NCBI RefSeq assembly: GCF_001194135.2
Contig: NC_068984.1
Location: 104,227,187-104,291,186 of the forward strand
Direction of reading: 5' to 3'
Source of the DNA: Octopus bimaculoides
Lineage: Eukaryota
Length of the DNA: 64,000 bases
Within the stretch, counting starts at the first letter, position 1, and every line of letters starts with the position of its first letter. Below the pieces are notes generated by a model. It worked only from the letters and a program-made list of their open reading frames with translations. It was not told the origin of the DNA and searched no databases. Both the position numbers and the translations under genes were made by a program. Positions 1 through 13,069 of this stretch are shown here, one piece after another.

Positions 1-280
1 GCCGGACTGGCTCCTGTGCAGGTGGCACATAGAATACACCGTTTTGAGTGTGGCCATTGCCAGTACCGCCTGACTGGCCTTCGTGCCGATGGCACGTAAC
101 AGCACCCACTACACTCTTGGAGTGGTTGGCGTTAGGAAGGGCATACAGCTGTAGAAACTCTGCCAAATCAGATTGGAGTCTGCTGTAGCCATCTGGTTTG
201 CTCGTCCTCAGTCAAATAGTCCAACCCATGCTAGCGTGGAAAGCGGACGTTAAACGACGACGACGACGATGATGATGATT
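1..280 (+). mobile_element. 3' tail of abundant RTE-related LINE/SINE ending in (GAC/GAT)n
   Basis: ...ccaacccatgctagcgtggaaagcggacgttaaacgacgacgatgatgat; same tail recurs at about 9770-9912, 11780-11960, 17540-17700 (+) and 40331-40428, 44672-44829 (-). Confidence 0.8.
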
Positions 281-323
281 ATATATATATATATTTGTTT
301 ATATATATTTATCGTCCTCTAAA

Positions 324-609
324 NNNNNNNNNNNNNNNNNNNNNNNNNNNNNNNNNNNNNNNNNNNNNNNNNNNNNNNNNNNNNNNNNNNNNNNNNNNNN
401 NNNNNNNNNNNNNNNNNNNNNNNNNNNNNNNNNNNNNNNNNNNNNNNNNNNNNNNNNNNNNNNNNNNNNNNNNNNNNNNNNNNNNNNNNNNNNNNNNNNN
501 NNNNNNNNNNNNNNNNNNNNNNNNNNNNNNNNNNNNNNNNNNNNNNNNNNNNNNNNNNNNNNNNNNNNNNNNNNNNNNNNNNNNNNNNNNNNNNNNNNNN
601 NNNNNNNNN
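324..609. other. Assembly gap (N run) between (TA)n and (CT)n microsatellites
   Basis: N run seen directly. Confidence 0.99.
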
Positions 610-629
610 ACACACTCTCTCTCTCTCTA

Positions 630-668
<39 letters not shown>

Positions 669-739
669 CTCTCTCTATGATCAGATGTGTATAGGTTTGG
701 TAGTACAAACAGGAATACATATATTTTGATTGGCAGAAG

Positions 740-1400
740 TTACAAAGTGACTTAGGCTAGTAGGCTTTTTAACTTCTTTATGAAATTGAAAGATTTTTTA
801 ATGTCTTTAGCATGGATATGCACAGACTTGATTGGTTCAAGATTTCAACAGAGCTGTAGAGTGTTATGAAGATGTAGCTAGTATTAAGAAAGGAGAAAGT
901 ACTTGCACTATCTTGTAATCACTCTTAAAAACTGCGTAAAGAAACATGTCTCAAATGACCATCGAATTCCACAAGCTGTTTAACAAAAACAGATTAAGAT
1001 GAGCTATATCTGTATGAAAATTATGTTTAAATATCATCAAGAGCCACATTTTAAAAGCACATCAGCTATAGAGGTTAAGAAAGCCAACATGTAATTGTCT
1101 AGATGTAGACCGTTGCTCTTAAAAGGTAAATACTTAGAGAAAAGCATTGTATTTTGGGCTGATGTCTCTACCATAAATACATGTTATATAGGACTTAGAA
1201 GACATTCTTTCAAAAGTTGCCTGCTTCATCACAACAGTTCTATCATCACTATATGAAAAAAATTTATTTGAAAGCAAAGCAGATTTCGATACCACTAGAC
1301 TAAGTAGAGCCAACCAGCATCTTATAGGAGTATTAGATAAAAAATTTAAGAAGGAATAAAAGTCCTCGTACTTCTGCCTCACATTCTACTTCAGTCTTAA
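740..1400 (+). mobile_element. Decayed Penelope-like element (end of RT region plus GIY-YIG endonuclease)
   Basis: Broken frames read FHKLFNKN/IKMSYICM, TCNCLDVDRC-KGK and SIVFWADVSTINTCYIGLRRHSFKSCLLHHNSS. Confidence 0.65.
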
Positions 1401-1610
1401 AAAAAAAAAATAGATGAACTAATTTTGACTAACTGACACTCCCACTAAATTCCTCCTTGATAATTTCAAAGAAGGTCCCCTCCTTGATGCATGATAGAAA
1501 GCAACTAAGATCTGTTCCACTTACATTGCCTACAGTCATTTTGTCACATTCAAAATTGCTAAGTGAGGTCAACTGACTGAATGAAATTGCAGTTTAGGTT
1601 ATGTAATCCC

Positions 1611-1883
1611 TTGTGGTTCCAAAAGTGGGTGGTACTGCCCCTCTGAGGGAAGTAGAAAGATCCAGGGGCCCGCTGGAAAAAAATGGGGTGGCCAAAAGGG
1701 GGGCAGTGGATGTAAAAACAACAAAATGATTGGTTAATTAATTTAAGTTTTATTTGTGAAATGCAGTTGTTTTGAATTTGATGCAGAAATTCGTCTTTGT
1801 GGTGTTGAGTGGGGAGGGGGTGGACTAGGAATGTGGTCCGGGTGCCAAGGGAGTGGCAGTCCCCAAAAGTTTGGGAACCACTG
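1611..1883. mobile_element. hAT-type MITE
   Basis: Ends TGTGGTTCCAAAAGT ... AGTTTGGGAACCACTG form imperfect TIRs; no clear TSD. Confidence 0.55.
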
Positions 1884-1939
1884 CTGTGCACAAAGTTCCA
1901 TTGAGTACTTTTGTGTTTTTGTACCACAACATAAATTAA

Positions 1940-1973
<34 letters not shown>

Positions 1974-2165
1974 GTAAGATCCAGGGATCAAGGTGTAGGA
2001 AGAAAGCTAGCTTCAAGCAATTCGTAGTAAATATAGAAAACAACTTTCGAGGACAATAGTGGTTGTGGATTTTTTTTCATATTGAAGAATGATAAGCAGA
2101 AAGAGAAGTTCTTTCTATATTCCACGGTAGGCGACTAGGGTTGCCTGATGTGTGAATAAGAATAT

Positions 2166-2370
2166 AAGAGTTACAGAATGGAGGAGGGAAGATCCAGGCT
2201 ACATATGTTTCATAGTTGGTGGAACCTCAGAAGTAGTAAAAATTAATATATCCTTGGCCTGAAGAGTAGCCAGCAGTATACACCTTGCTTGGATTTTTAC
2301 CATTTCTGAGGTTCCGCCTCCTATGAAACATATGTAGCCCGGATCTTACCTACTCCATTCCGTAACTCTT
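2166..2370. repeat. Foldback: 67-bp inverted repeat arms with 71-bp spacer
   Basis: 2166-2232 is the reverse complement of 2304-2370 with 7 mismatches. Confidence 0.9.
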
Positions 2371-2382
2371 GTGTGTGTGTAT

Positions 2383-2520
2383 GCAGGTATGGCTGTGTGG
2401 TAAGAAGCTTACTTCCCAAGCATATCACCTTGGGCAAGTGTCTTCTACTATAGCCCCAAACCAACTGAAGTCTTGTGACAGAAACTGAAAGAAGCCTGTC
2501 ATTGATATATACACATACAT
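2383..2520 (+). mobile_element. tRNA-derived SINE, internally deleted
   Basis: ggctgtgtggtaagaagc head, caccttgggcaagtgtcttc core, gaaactgaaagaagcc, then TA/CA tail. Family recurs at 10530-10700 (-), 11030-11220 (-), 15212-15650 (+), 31770-32070 (-), 54395-54770 (+). Confidence 0.8.
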
Positions 2521-2899
2521 ACATATATAACAAGTAAAAGAAGAAAGGAAAGATAGAAGGTACATATATATATATATATATGCATGTGCAAGTGTGAAGA
2601 CACACATCAATATCTAGTTTTATGTTTCTTTGAATTGAGACATTGTTAAAATGTAGCTTAATATTGCAGAATTTCACAGCCAAAATTGCACAGAAAAAGT
2701 ATGAACCACTCTTGTTGCTTGGCTGTTCCCCAAAATTTGAAGTTCCTTACAAGGCATCTTGTTTTATTATTATGCACAAAAGAAAGAAATTGGGTAGTTT
2801 ATTTTTACATTCTAGAGGGTTTCTGATTTTTTCACTTGTGCAGCAATTTTTTCAAGTTTTGAACTGAAGTAATTTAAGAAAGCAAATATTAATTCAGAA

Positions 2900-3420
2900 A
2901 TCTGGTGAAATTATAGCATCATGCAAGCAATGAAAGATATTAAAGATGCTTAGGAAGAAGTTAAACCTACATATTTTATTGGGGTCTGGACAAAATTGTG
3001 TCTGAATGTAGACCATAGGATAGAAGATAAAAGTGTCAATCAACAATAACTTTGTGTAAATGGCATAGGAAGTGGGATTTGAAGAAGTTGATGCAGGTAA
3101 CATTCAGGATTTAGTGCATGCTGATAACAATACTTACACCTATGAAGACCTTGAAAGGTTTATAGGCCTGCAAGTTCTAGCTCAGATACTAAAGAAGAAA
3201 CTCCTCCACAACTTCTTTTAACAACAGATTTTATCTAAAAGTCTTTGTGAAATAACTTGTGTTTAAGAGTGTCTTTTAGAATATGATTTGTTTTAAATGA
3301 AAAATAAAAGGATTTGTATTTGTAGCACTGAATTGTTGTAAGGAAGTATTGTTATATAGGAAGAATGCAAAGCATTCAACCTTCAATACCTTGTTTTTTT
3401 ATAAAAATAAAAATTTATCA
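2900..3420 (+). mobile_element. Tigger/pogo transposase C-terminal remnant
   Basis: IKDA*EEVKPTYFIGVWTKLC and MA*EVGFEEVDAGNIQDLV...YEDLE resemble Tigger transposase. Confidence 0.55.
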
Positions 3421-3902
3421 GAACCAGTAGTAGCATATTCTTTATTGTTTTGTATTTTTATTTGTTGCATAAATAAAAGAAAGTATATTTTCTTCATTAA
3501 ATTATAATTTTGTTGGAAGGATATTGTCTAAATATGTCATTTTAGGTTTAGTGTATTTGAAATATATGTGTATATGTGTTTAGTGTATTTGAAATATATG
3601 TGAGCTTATTTGCTTCAATAATTGAAAGTATTTATTTGCATAAGAATTATGTGTTACTATTCTCTGGTAACAAATTTCCTACTTATGAAATAAGTGTGGG
3701 ACATTAATTCTGTTAATTGAGGTAATGATGTGTGTTTATGTGTACACATACAAACACTAATTTTAATAAATTTAGCTTTCATCTGTTGGCACTCAACTAA
3801 TGCTTGCTTATTTATTGTTTTATTTTATTTTTAGTTGGAGTGGATAGTTCAAGTAATGGTTATAACAACAATAGAATTAACCAGCGTATCCATAGCAACA
3901 TA

Positions 3903-3982
3903 ATGGACAACCAAGATTTAGCAAAACTGGACTTTATTGATAATGCCCAACCACTTGGAGGTAGTTTTACCCACTCCTACAG
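3903..3982 (+). CDS. TBC1D5: TBC1D5 first coding exon in window (exon 3835-3982; MDNQDLAKLDFIDNAQPLGGSFTHSY)
   Basis: Acceptor ttttag at 3834, donor AG|gtgaaa, phase 2. SFTHSY resembles human TFNSY. The frame is open from 3835, so the true start may lie in an upstream exon. Confidence 0.75.
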
Positions 3983-6900
3983 GTGAAAATATATTTATCC
4001 TTTTCATATTTTTTTTCTGTTTTAAATTCATATTGATATTGCTTTTCCTTTTAAAAAATTCATTGTCTTTTACCAATTTTGAATTCTTATCCTTGTCTCC
4101 AAAACATTTCTACTGTCCAGACTATACTTCATATTCTAACTTTTGTCTGTGTAGAATCTCTATCTTTATTTTCCATCCATTTCATTAGGCTGATTCAAGT
4201 ACTCACTGCCCCAGTCTTAGAAATTCATGAAATCTCTATTTCTCCAATCACCAGCTGTTTGACTACCTTTCATCCTGTATTGAGAATATATCTACTAATT
4301 TTTTTTCTTTTGAAATTATCCTTGATGAGTTCAGTATGTGCTAATCCTCTTGGCCTAAAATAAATTCTCTCATTCTGCCACATTGTAGAGGCTTACTCCA
4401 TTTTCTATCCTCAACTGTTTGTACCAGTTGGTCTCTTCACTTACTAGTATCCTCAACTGAGACAATCATTATCATTACCACCTACCATCTAGTCATTTCC
4501 TAAGTTGTAATGGGTCGGATGGTTTGACATTCAACCCATGCCAGCTCGACATGGGTCAAACTACTCTGACAGGTCAGAGTACTATGACTTTCTCTAATAT
4601 CTTAGTTTCTACTATTGAATGCTCTTCCTAACATCAATATCTTTACAGAGTATACTGGGTGCATTTTTTGTTGCACTAGCACTATAGAGGTTGCCTTATT
4701 GTCAGCAGGACTAAAGAGTCTTCTGAAGTCTTACATTGCTTTTTGCTTGATTTTATTTACCAGCCATTTACAGAATGTACTGGGTGCTTTTTGTGGCACC
4801 AGCTTTAATGGAGTCATCTTGTAGATTGCAAAGCAAAGGATCCCCTTGATGGATGAAAGAATCCCCATTGGTCATTATCATCAATTGTATCTGTGTTGAA
4901 CATACTTTATCACCAAACATTCTTCAAAGATCTTTTACCATTTTCTAATCTCCAAACATAGCCTTTCCTCTGTGTACACATTTTCTGCTCCTTCAGATCA
5001 TTTAATCACTGCTTAATTAAGGGAACCCATTCCATTATTCTGCTGCACAACAATTCCAGCCTCTGTTCAAACTGTTAGGGATTTCAAACCTGCTAACTGG
5101 TTGGAATTCTGCCATTTTGTTACTGTCTCCCCTTGATAAAAAGTATAGGTGACTGATACCATTCACTTAGATATACATTCCGACACTTCTCACAGCCAAA
5201 GTTTACCACCCCTAAATCACTAAGTGAGCCACTCATAGCAATGTTGCACCAATACAGGTGAGGGATATGGTTTCAATACTTGGAGTAAGTTATCCATATG
5301 CTGCAAGATGGCTCTCAGAAGATCAAGTGATGTTTTCATTGATTGCATGGTGTGAAAACTCGCAAGCTTCTCAAATTTCAGCTAGATCTCTCGTTAAGGA
5401 ATTTTTTACTAATTTTCCAGAAGCCTCCTCCTATTACTCATTAATTGAGACGACTTTGTAAGTAGCTCTTTTGCAGATAAAGCTGTTGGTAATTCACAGA
5501 GCAAAATTCTTATTGAATTTTATTGCTTGACCTTACCACCATGAACCTACAGTTACTAAGTGTATGCAGTATAATTGCTCTTAACAGTATTCCTTTCATT
5601 AAACACTCATTCTGCACCTTGTTGGATCCTAACATCACCATACTCTTCACTATGTCCCACTGTACCCCGTACTCTGAGAATGCAAAACAATATCTCATTT
5701 CCAATCTCAAAATAGAACTCATAACCAAGCTGGAAGAGAACTGTTAATCAATAGCATTGTATCTCAACATCCAGGATGTGCTAGAACATCTTTTGTCGAA
5801 ATGTAGAATTAAAACATTCCCTCTTTTGTAAAGAAATAAAATTCCTAATGAACTATTAAGATTTAAATTTAGTAATAATATATTACTATAACTCTAATCT
5901 AAAATCAAATTTGTCTATATTGTAAAATAATACTGATGCTTCAAATTAAGTCCTACAAGTTGTTTGATAGTTGAAGGACTTCATTTTCTGGCAAGTCTTG
6001 GTGGAATAATTTTTTGACTATGGCTATTGATTAGTTTCCCCTCTTAAGTAATAGTATTGTTGTGGGAAAAAAATAAGGGCCAGGAGTGTTCTTGAACTCT
6101 GTCAGCAATTAATAAGTTTGATTCTGTAAGTTGATGTTGGGCACTATGACAAATTATGAAGAGAGACAGTATTTACGACTCAGTAACTTTTCAGACACAG
6201 GCAAACATATCATTATTTTCCAGTTGTTTGGCTTCTGCATTAGAGTCACTTTTATATATTTCTCTTATAGCCTGGACCAGAAGAAATTAGCCAAGTAGGT
6301 AGAAGGATACCATTTAGAAAATGGTGTCTTATATAAAAAGTAAAAATAAACCTAGAGGAGTCTTATAGTAGTTAAGAGAGTGAATTGAATGAAGTATTCC
6401 AAAAAGACCATCTTCCTAATGAGATTTTGGAACAGTACCATCTTCCATATTCTCTGACTGGTTTTTCATATCGTAATGGATAATTCTCCTTGTTGTGTTA
6501 GAAAATGTCATATTTCCATAGATATGATTTGGGCTTTTTTGTTACTCTGGATAGTGTTGGTAGTTCCAACTTGAGAGAATGGCTCTTTGGGACATTGGTA
6601 ATATCAGCACCAAGGAAATTAAGAGGGGAACATCACTATTCATCAACTGCCATTAAAAGAAATTTTTTGTGATATTGACTGTTTAGGTCTTCCATAGACT
6701 GAGTAGCTCTTACAGCATGTTAGTCCATAAGATTGTAAAATTAAGGTTTTATAGTTCAGAGCATATTCTCAGCCATAACAGATTTTACAAACATCCTTTG
6801 TAGAAAATCAAAGATTTTTTTCTTCCGCCATTTCATAATAAAGCAATCTTCTCGTGTCTGAGTAACATGGTTCTTTGTGAATACATTGAAAAAATTTATA

Positions 6901-9900
6901 CTCTAGTTGAACAGAACATTATATTTGAGACAAAATATTAGTACTGACATTCTCTTTTCCATATCAATAGAAAATGTTAAACCTATATGTAGTACTGTGG
7001 TGCTCTGGCTGTGATATGGCTGTTTCTAATTTCTAGTAGTCTAAGCTTTAGACTTGTCAAAATTATTTTGAAATTAAAGGCAGTCATTATTAAATTATTC
7101 ACTGCCTTGAAGTTGCATTCTTTAGCCAGGAGTTTTAAGGCTTGAAGACATTATTTCAGGTGTTCTATAGCTTGTTGCTTGTGAGTTATGAGTGATGTCT
7201 TGCAAAAACCTCATTCATTGGTTTAATGTTGATATCCTTTATGGTAATTTGTGTTCTTTTAAATGTCACAATATGCTAAAGATTCAAATACTTCTTGTGA
7301 TATGAAGCTTATGAAGGCATGATGTCTTTTGAGGTCTGGAATACTGGTAAGAAAATCAATGTGTAATCAATGTTTGAATTCGTAAGAGACAAGGCCAATT
7401 GAAAAGGAATTGTGTTGGGTCTTCTGGGATACAAATCTTTGTTCATATTTGATTCATTGAATAAATGGTAATAAAAAGTAATGATTAGATTCTTGCACTT
7501 GACTTAATTTAACAAATGTCCACAAGTGGACATTTAGCTAAGAGGGACAACTCACACATTACATGATAAGCTATTAATAGAATCCCAGCAGAAATAGATG
7601 TATACAACAAACTCCTTTATCTCTTTCAGGATCTTCCTTTTCAGTGATTATCAGTATACTTTCTGTAGAGCCATGTCGATTTAGAATTGGTCTCTCTCTT
7701 TGATATGTCTGGCATTTGAATCTTCTAGCAATATATCTTCTTGGATTGAAGGTTTTTTAAAAATCATATCCCTCTGTTGCACTGTAATTCTGTCAACTTT
7801 GACATGCAACAGGATTTGGTTATTCTTCATTCTGTTTGTTAATGACTTTTCACTGTTGCTTTTACTTGTAAATACACCCTAGACTAATGATACAGCTTTG
7901 TACTTATTCTTAACCATTTTCACAAATGGAGGTCAACTATGTGCAACCTAGATACCTCAAACCAGATTTGCACAGCTTCCATGAATAGTAGCAGAGAAAA
8001 CATCCTCCAACAGTGATATGATGACCTAGTGTCTAACAACAACACAAAAACATAGTCATTACATGTCATGAAATACTCTAGCACCACACTCTCCTTATAC
8101 ATTAATAAAACAGTTAAAAATATCAAAATGCTACAACTCAATGCCCAACAGTCTCTGAAGACTTTTTCACAGCAATCGCATACCTATAATATTGCAAAAC
8201 TATATTCTAAAGATTCAGTTAGAAAATGCTTCACTCTTGATAATTTACCAATTCTCTACTAATGTTAAGTGTGACCATATAAACATCCTAGATTATTTAT
8301 ATATATAAAAAAGGTATAGATCAGTGGTTCTCCACTGAAAGTCCGTATGACCCTTGGGGACCCATATACAATTTTGTTAAAATTTGTGAGCAATAAATTG
8401 GTTATATTTCTACAGTATACAAAATATTTCAATTTTTTAAATACAATCTTAATATTTAAGTATAAATATACAATGTTTCTTTCAAACATTGAATGGCTAT
8501 GAGGGTGCACCTGAATAAAATAGGACTCAAAGGGGTCCATAAGCAAAAAATGGTCGAGTACCACTAGTATACATGGTACCACATAAACCTCCTAGATTAT
8601 ATATAAGGTTACTGGCTGATTAGCAAACATTCCCTTTCCAGCATGAGAGATAATATTTTTGAGTTAGTCATTGTAGCTTGTAACCCCAAAATTCTTTGTC
8701 TCTTCTGCTGACATTATAGTGGTTTCTTAAAACTGTCAAGCTGTGCACCAGTTCTGCTTTGCCCACATGATATATTGACCTTCTTCTTGTCAGCCATTGT
8801 TATTATTACTGTCTTGATTTCACTAGGAATTTCTCTCTGACCATGTTTACCCTAAAGCCTGAGAATTGACAGCATTAATTGATATAGGAAAACAACTTGT
8901 AAAGATCATGACACTAACTCTCTGCTAACTAAATAATAAGAGAAGTTTCAGGTGTGGAAGCAAGGTCTAGAATTGAAGGGCCTTAGAGTCAATCTTGTAA
9001 AAACCAAAGTCTTAGCAAGTAGGAAAGCAGATAAATCACAAATCCCTTCAGACAGATGGCCTAGCTCGATCTGTAGAAAAGGCATAGGTAGAAACTCCAT
9101 AAGATGTACCCGATGTAAGCAATAAAAACATAAGAGGTGCAGCAATATCAAAGGAAGGTTAACTGGGAAGATAGTTTTTGTGTGTGGCAGATGCACAGGG
9201 GCAATAAACACCGAAGATGTACAGAAAACAGATTCCATCATATGCCAGGGGAAAAACTAGAAGTATTAGATAGCTTCTGTTACCTAGGTGTCCAAGTCAG
9301 CAGTGGCGGGCGGACACTCTGAGAGCATAGTTGCTAGATTAAGAATCGCCTGGGCGAAGATCATAGCTGTGGCCGATGCCAGTGTCACATAACTGGCCCA
9401 TTTAAAAGTACCCTTCAATCGTCGGGATGCCTGACTGGTAGCATGTAAAAAGCACCTTTGAGTGTGGCCGATGCTAGGGCTGGTGGCATGTAAGTACCAT
9501 CTGAGCATGGTTGATGCCAATGCCACCTGATTGTCTCTTGTGCTTGTCGTGTAAAAAGCACCATTTGAGCGTGGTTGATGCAAGTGCCGCCTGATTGGCT
9601 CCCATGCCAGTCACATAAAAAGCACCATTCGAACATGGTTGATGCCAGTGCCGCCTGACTGACTCCTGTGTCAGTCACATGTAAAAAGCACCATTCAAGC
9701 ATGGTTGTTGCCAGTGCTGCCTGACTGGCCCCCATGCTGGTGCACATAAAAAGCACCCATTACACTTTCAGAGTGGTTGGTGTTTGGAAGGGCATCCATC
9801 TGTAGAAACCTTGCCAGGTCAGATTGCAGCCTGGTACAGCCTCCTGGCTTGCCAGTCCTCAGTCAATTTGTCCAATCCATGCCAGCACGGTAAGTGGACG

Positions 9901-10531
9901 TTAAATGATGATGTAATTATAAAGTTACAATAAAATAGAAAGTAGTTAAATGATGATGAGTTAGGCAGAAAGCTAGTGATTTTGAGGAATGGGGGCTAGT
10001 TGACACCATTGACCCCTGGTACTGAAAGGTAAACATTTACCTTGGTGGGATTTGAACTTGAAATATATAAAGTCAGTACAAAAACTGCATTTCTTCTGAT
10101 GCTCTGAGGTTCTCAGCTCACCAACTTCTGCTTGCTAAATAATAAAAATGTGTGTTGTTTGATATTAAACCAAAAAGTCTATTGAAACTTGGTTTCAAAG
10201 TATTTATAAACTGGGAATGTTCAAGATGTGTCAAATTAATTTCAAGAAGCCAAGTTGCGACTAATATAAAGTTACAATAAAATAGAAAGTAGTTTTGTTT
10301 TCATGTATGTTTTTTCATGCTAGCATGGATTGGACAAATATGATAGCAAGGCATTATATTGCAGCCAAATACCCTTCCTGTCACCAACCCATATGTTTTC
10401 AAGGAAGGGTTTCTCATTGCATACTTTTTTGAAGGCATGATCTGAATGAGGGGATGATTTGTTGGCTGAAGAAATGACTTTGCTCTTCGCTTGTGACTTT
10501 ATGTATGGCAGATTTGTATAGCTACAACATG

Positions 10532-10565
<34 letters not shown>

Positions 10566-11028
10566 CACAGAGAAAGAGTAATGTTTGTTTCTGTTTTTGT
10601 CTACCAAATCTGCTCAAAGTTTTGGTCAGCCTTGGGGACTGAACCTCGAACCACATGGTTAGAGAGTGAACTTCTTAACCACACAGCCATACCTGTATGT
10701 ACATATGTAAACAAATTGAAGGATACTCGACTGGGAGGGACAGGTCTTGTGTTTTTGCAGCAATAAATATAAGTATTGACTCGTGCAGTACAATTGTGAA
10801 GAATGATCTGGGATATGTCCAAAGTCAATCATCATCTTCATTGTTTTATTGTTCACTTTTCCATGTTTGAATGGGCCAGATGGAATTTGTTGAGATAGAC
10901 AGATACCCTGCCTGTCACCAACTCACACCTGATTCCAAGTAGTGTAATATTTCCTTCTGGTTAGGCATGTTTTCATGAAAGATTGGTAAGGCTCATTTAC
11001 GACTACTGTGCAATGTCAGGACTACGAC

Positions 11029-11063
<35 letters not shown>

Positions 11064-11490
11064 TCTTTCAGTTTCTGTCTACCAAATCCACTCACAAGGG
11101 GCTTTGGTTAGCCCAGGGCCATAATAGAGGGCACTTGCTTAAGACACTATGCAGTAGGGTTGAATCTGAGATCATGTGTTCGGGAAGCAAACTTCTCAAC
11201 CATGCAGCCATGCCTGTAGTTGTAAATATTGCTCATCACTAAATAATAACAATAAGAGAAACTAATTCTTTTTTTATTTAAAAACATTTTTTCAGCACTG
11301 AGTGGGAACGATTGTTCGGGAAACCTAACTTTTTGAAGGCTTTGCGGAACCATGGCTTACGTGGAAATTTACGAAGTAGCAGATTTCGCAGTATTTGTTG
11401 GAAGGTATGTATTTCATAATCTGAAAATAAAAATTTATATATATGCCTTGCAAGCAAAATTAGCAGATAGAAGTTGCATAGAAGCTTATC

Positions 11491-11525
<35 letters not shown>

Positions 11526-13008
11526 CATCATCTTTTAATGTCCATGTTGGCATGGGTTGTAAGATTTAAGATCTGAAGGGTCAGAGGACTGCATTGTGCA
11601 CCAATGTCTGCTTTGGTATGGTTTCTATAGTTGAATTCTCATCTTTAGGCTAGCCACTTTACTGTGTTACTTTTTTTGTGGCACCAGTGGTGGTGAGGTG
11701 ATTACGCTCTGTCTTTTTTAGACACTATAAATATAAACAATATATTTATACTCACCCACTCATAAGTGCCATTATCATGAAAAAAAAAAACCCATCCAAT
11801 ACACTTTGTAAAAGTAGTTGGTGTTAGAAGAGGGCATCCAGCTGTAGAAAACATATCAAAATAGAGACTGGAGCTCAGCTCAATCTTCTGCTCATTTGAT
11901 CTTGTCAAGTCCTCTAACTCATGCCAGAATGGAAGGCAGACATTATATGATGATGATGACAGCTGAAATGTAAACGCTATATGTAGTCTACTACAAATAA
12001 AAACACAGTATACATGTTTATACTCCTGAAATGTAAACAAAATATATTTATATAAAAAAGGTGACAGTGGTTGCTGTAGCTGTAAATTTGACTCTTTTCA
12101 GTTTTTGATTAAAAAAAAAAAAAGAAAATGAAAATAAAAAGATAGAGCAATGTTAATAAAATTGATGCTTAAGCAAATAAATGCCGTGACATAATTATTA
12201 ATATTGAATACCCAGAATTTGTGTGTAAATGGTATTTAATTACTTCCTGCCATTTTTAATTACTAACAAAAGACAATTCCACAAAATGGAAAGTAAACAG
12301 TTAAAAGAAAATCTGCCAGAGTTTTGGATATCTTCAATGAATTTTGTCACAAGATAACAGTTACATCTCTTTTGAACTTGACATACTCAAAATAAAAACA
12401 GATAATTAAACTTTACAATAGAAATTAAACAAATTTCAGTGTTGTAAACATTTCCTAATGACTAACAATAAAATTAATGTGATCTATGGTCCATAAGTAA
12501 TTGTTTTTACCAGAAATTAACTTTCTTTAATTTTACCTTTACCCTTCAGCATTCAATGTAATGCTTATTTATTCATATTGTTTCAAATTAATGATGTATT
12601 ATCCCATAGTTTCCAGATTTTGAAGATGTAATTAATTTTAGAATGACATTGTAGGGTAGGTGTGAGACGCTGGATCTGGCTGGATTGAGCATAAAATGAG
12701 AAAATGGGTAGAATATTTTGGTTGTATATGGCCGATTTAAATGCTAAAGGGTTAAAGGTGTCATACATTTTGTACTGAAATGCTTATTTTAAAAATCTTT
12801 TTGTATCTGAAATGTTTGTGTGAATTTATTTCTCTTTACCTTTGTTATTTTACTTTTATTCACTGTTAGTAATAACAATTAAATTTATCTTGTTAATTAG
12901 GCAAGGTCAGCCATCTTTTATACTTGCATTTTTTTTCATCTTGTTATCTAAGAAGAATCAATGAATCCGTTTATATATACACATACTTACAATCAGATTC
13001 ATTGATTT

Positions 13009-13069
<61 letters not shown>

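Noticed and set aside
295-729. Long ORFs spanning N runs (also 18843-19340 and 63470-63763)
   Set aside because: Artefacts of assembly gaps and microsatellites.
6400-6800. First read as Penelope RT (LNFLGADIT)
   Set aside because: Flanking motifs fit Gypsy integrase much better.
7560-8260. Minus-strand coding-like decayed sequence
   Set aside because: No motif I can assign; probably an old transposon fragment.
9362-9760. Regularly spaced repeats superficially like a CRISPR array
   Set aside because: Units are diverged tandem copies without unique spacers, inside an RTE 3' region of a eukaryote.
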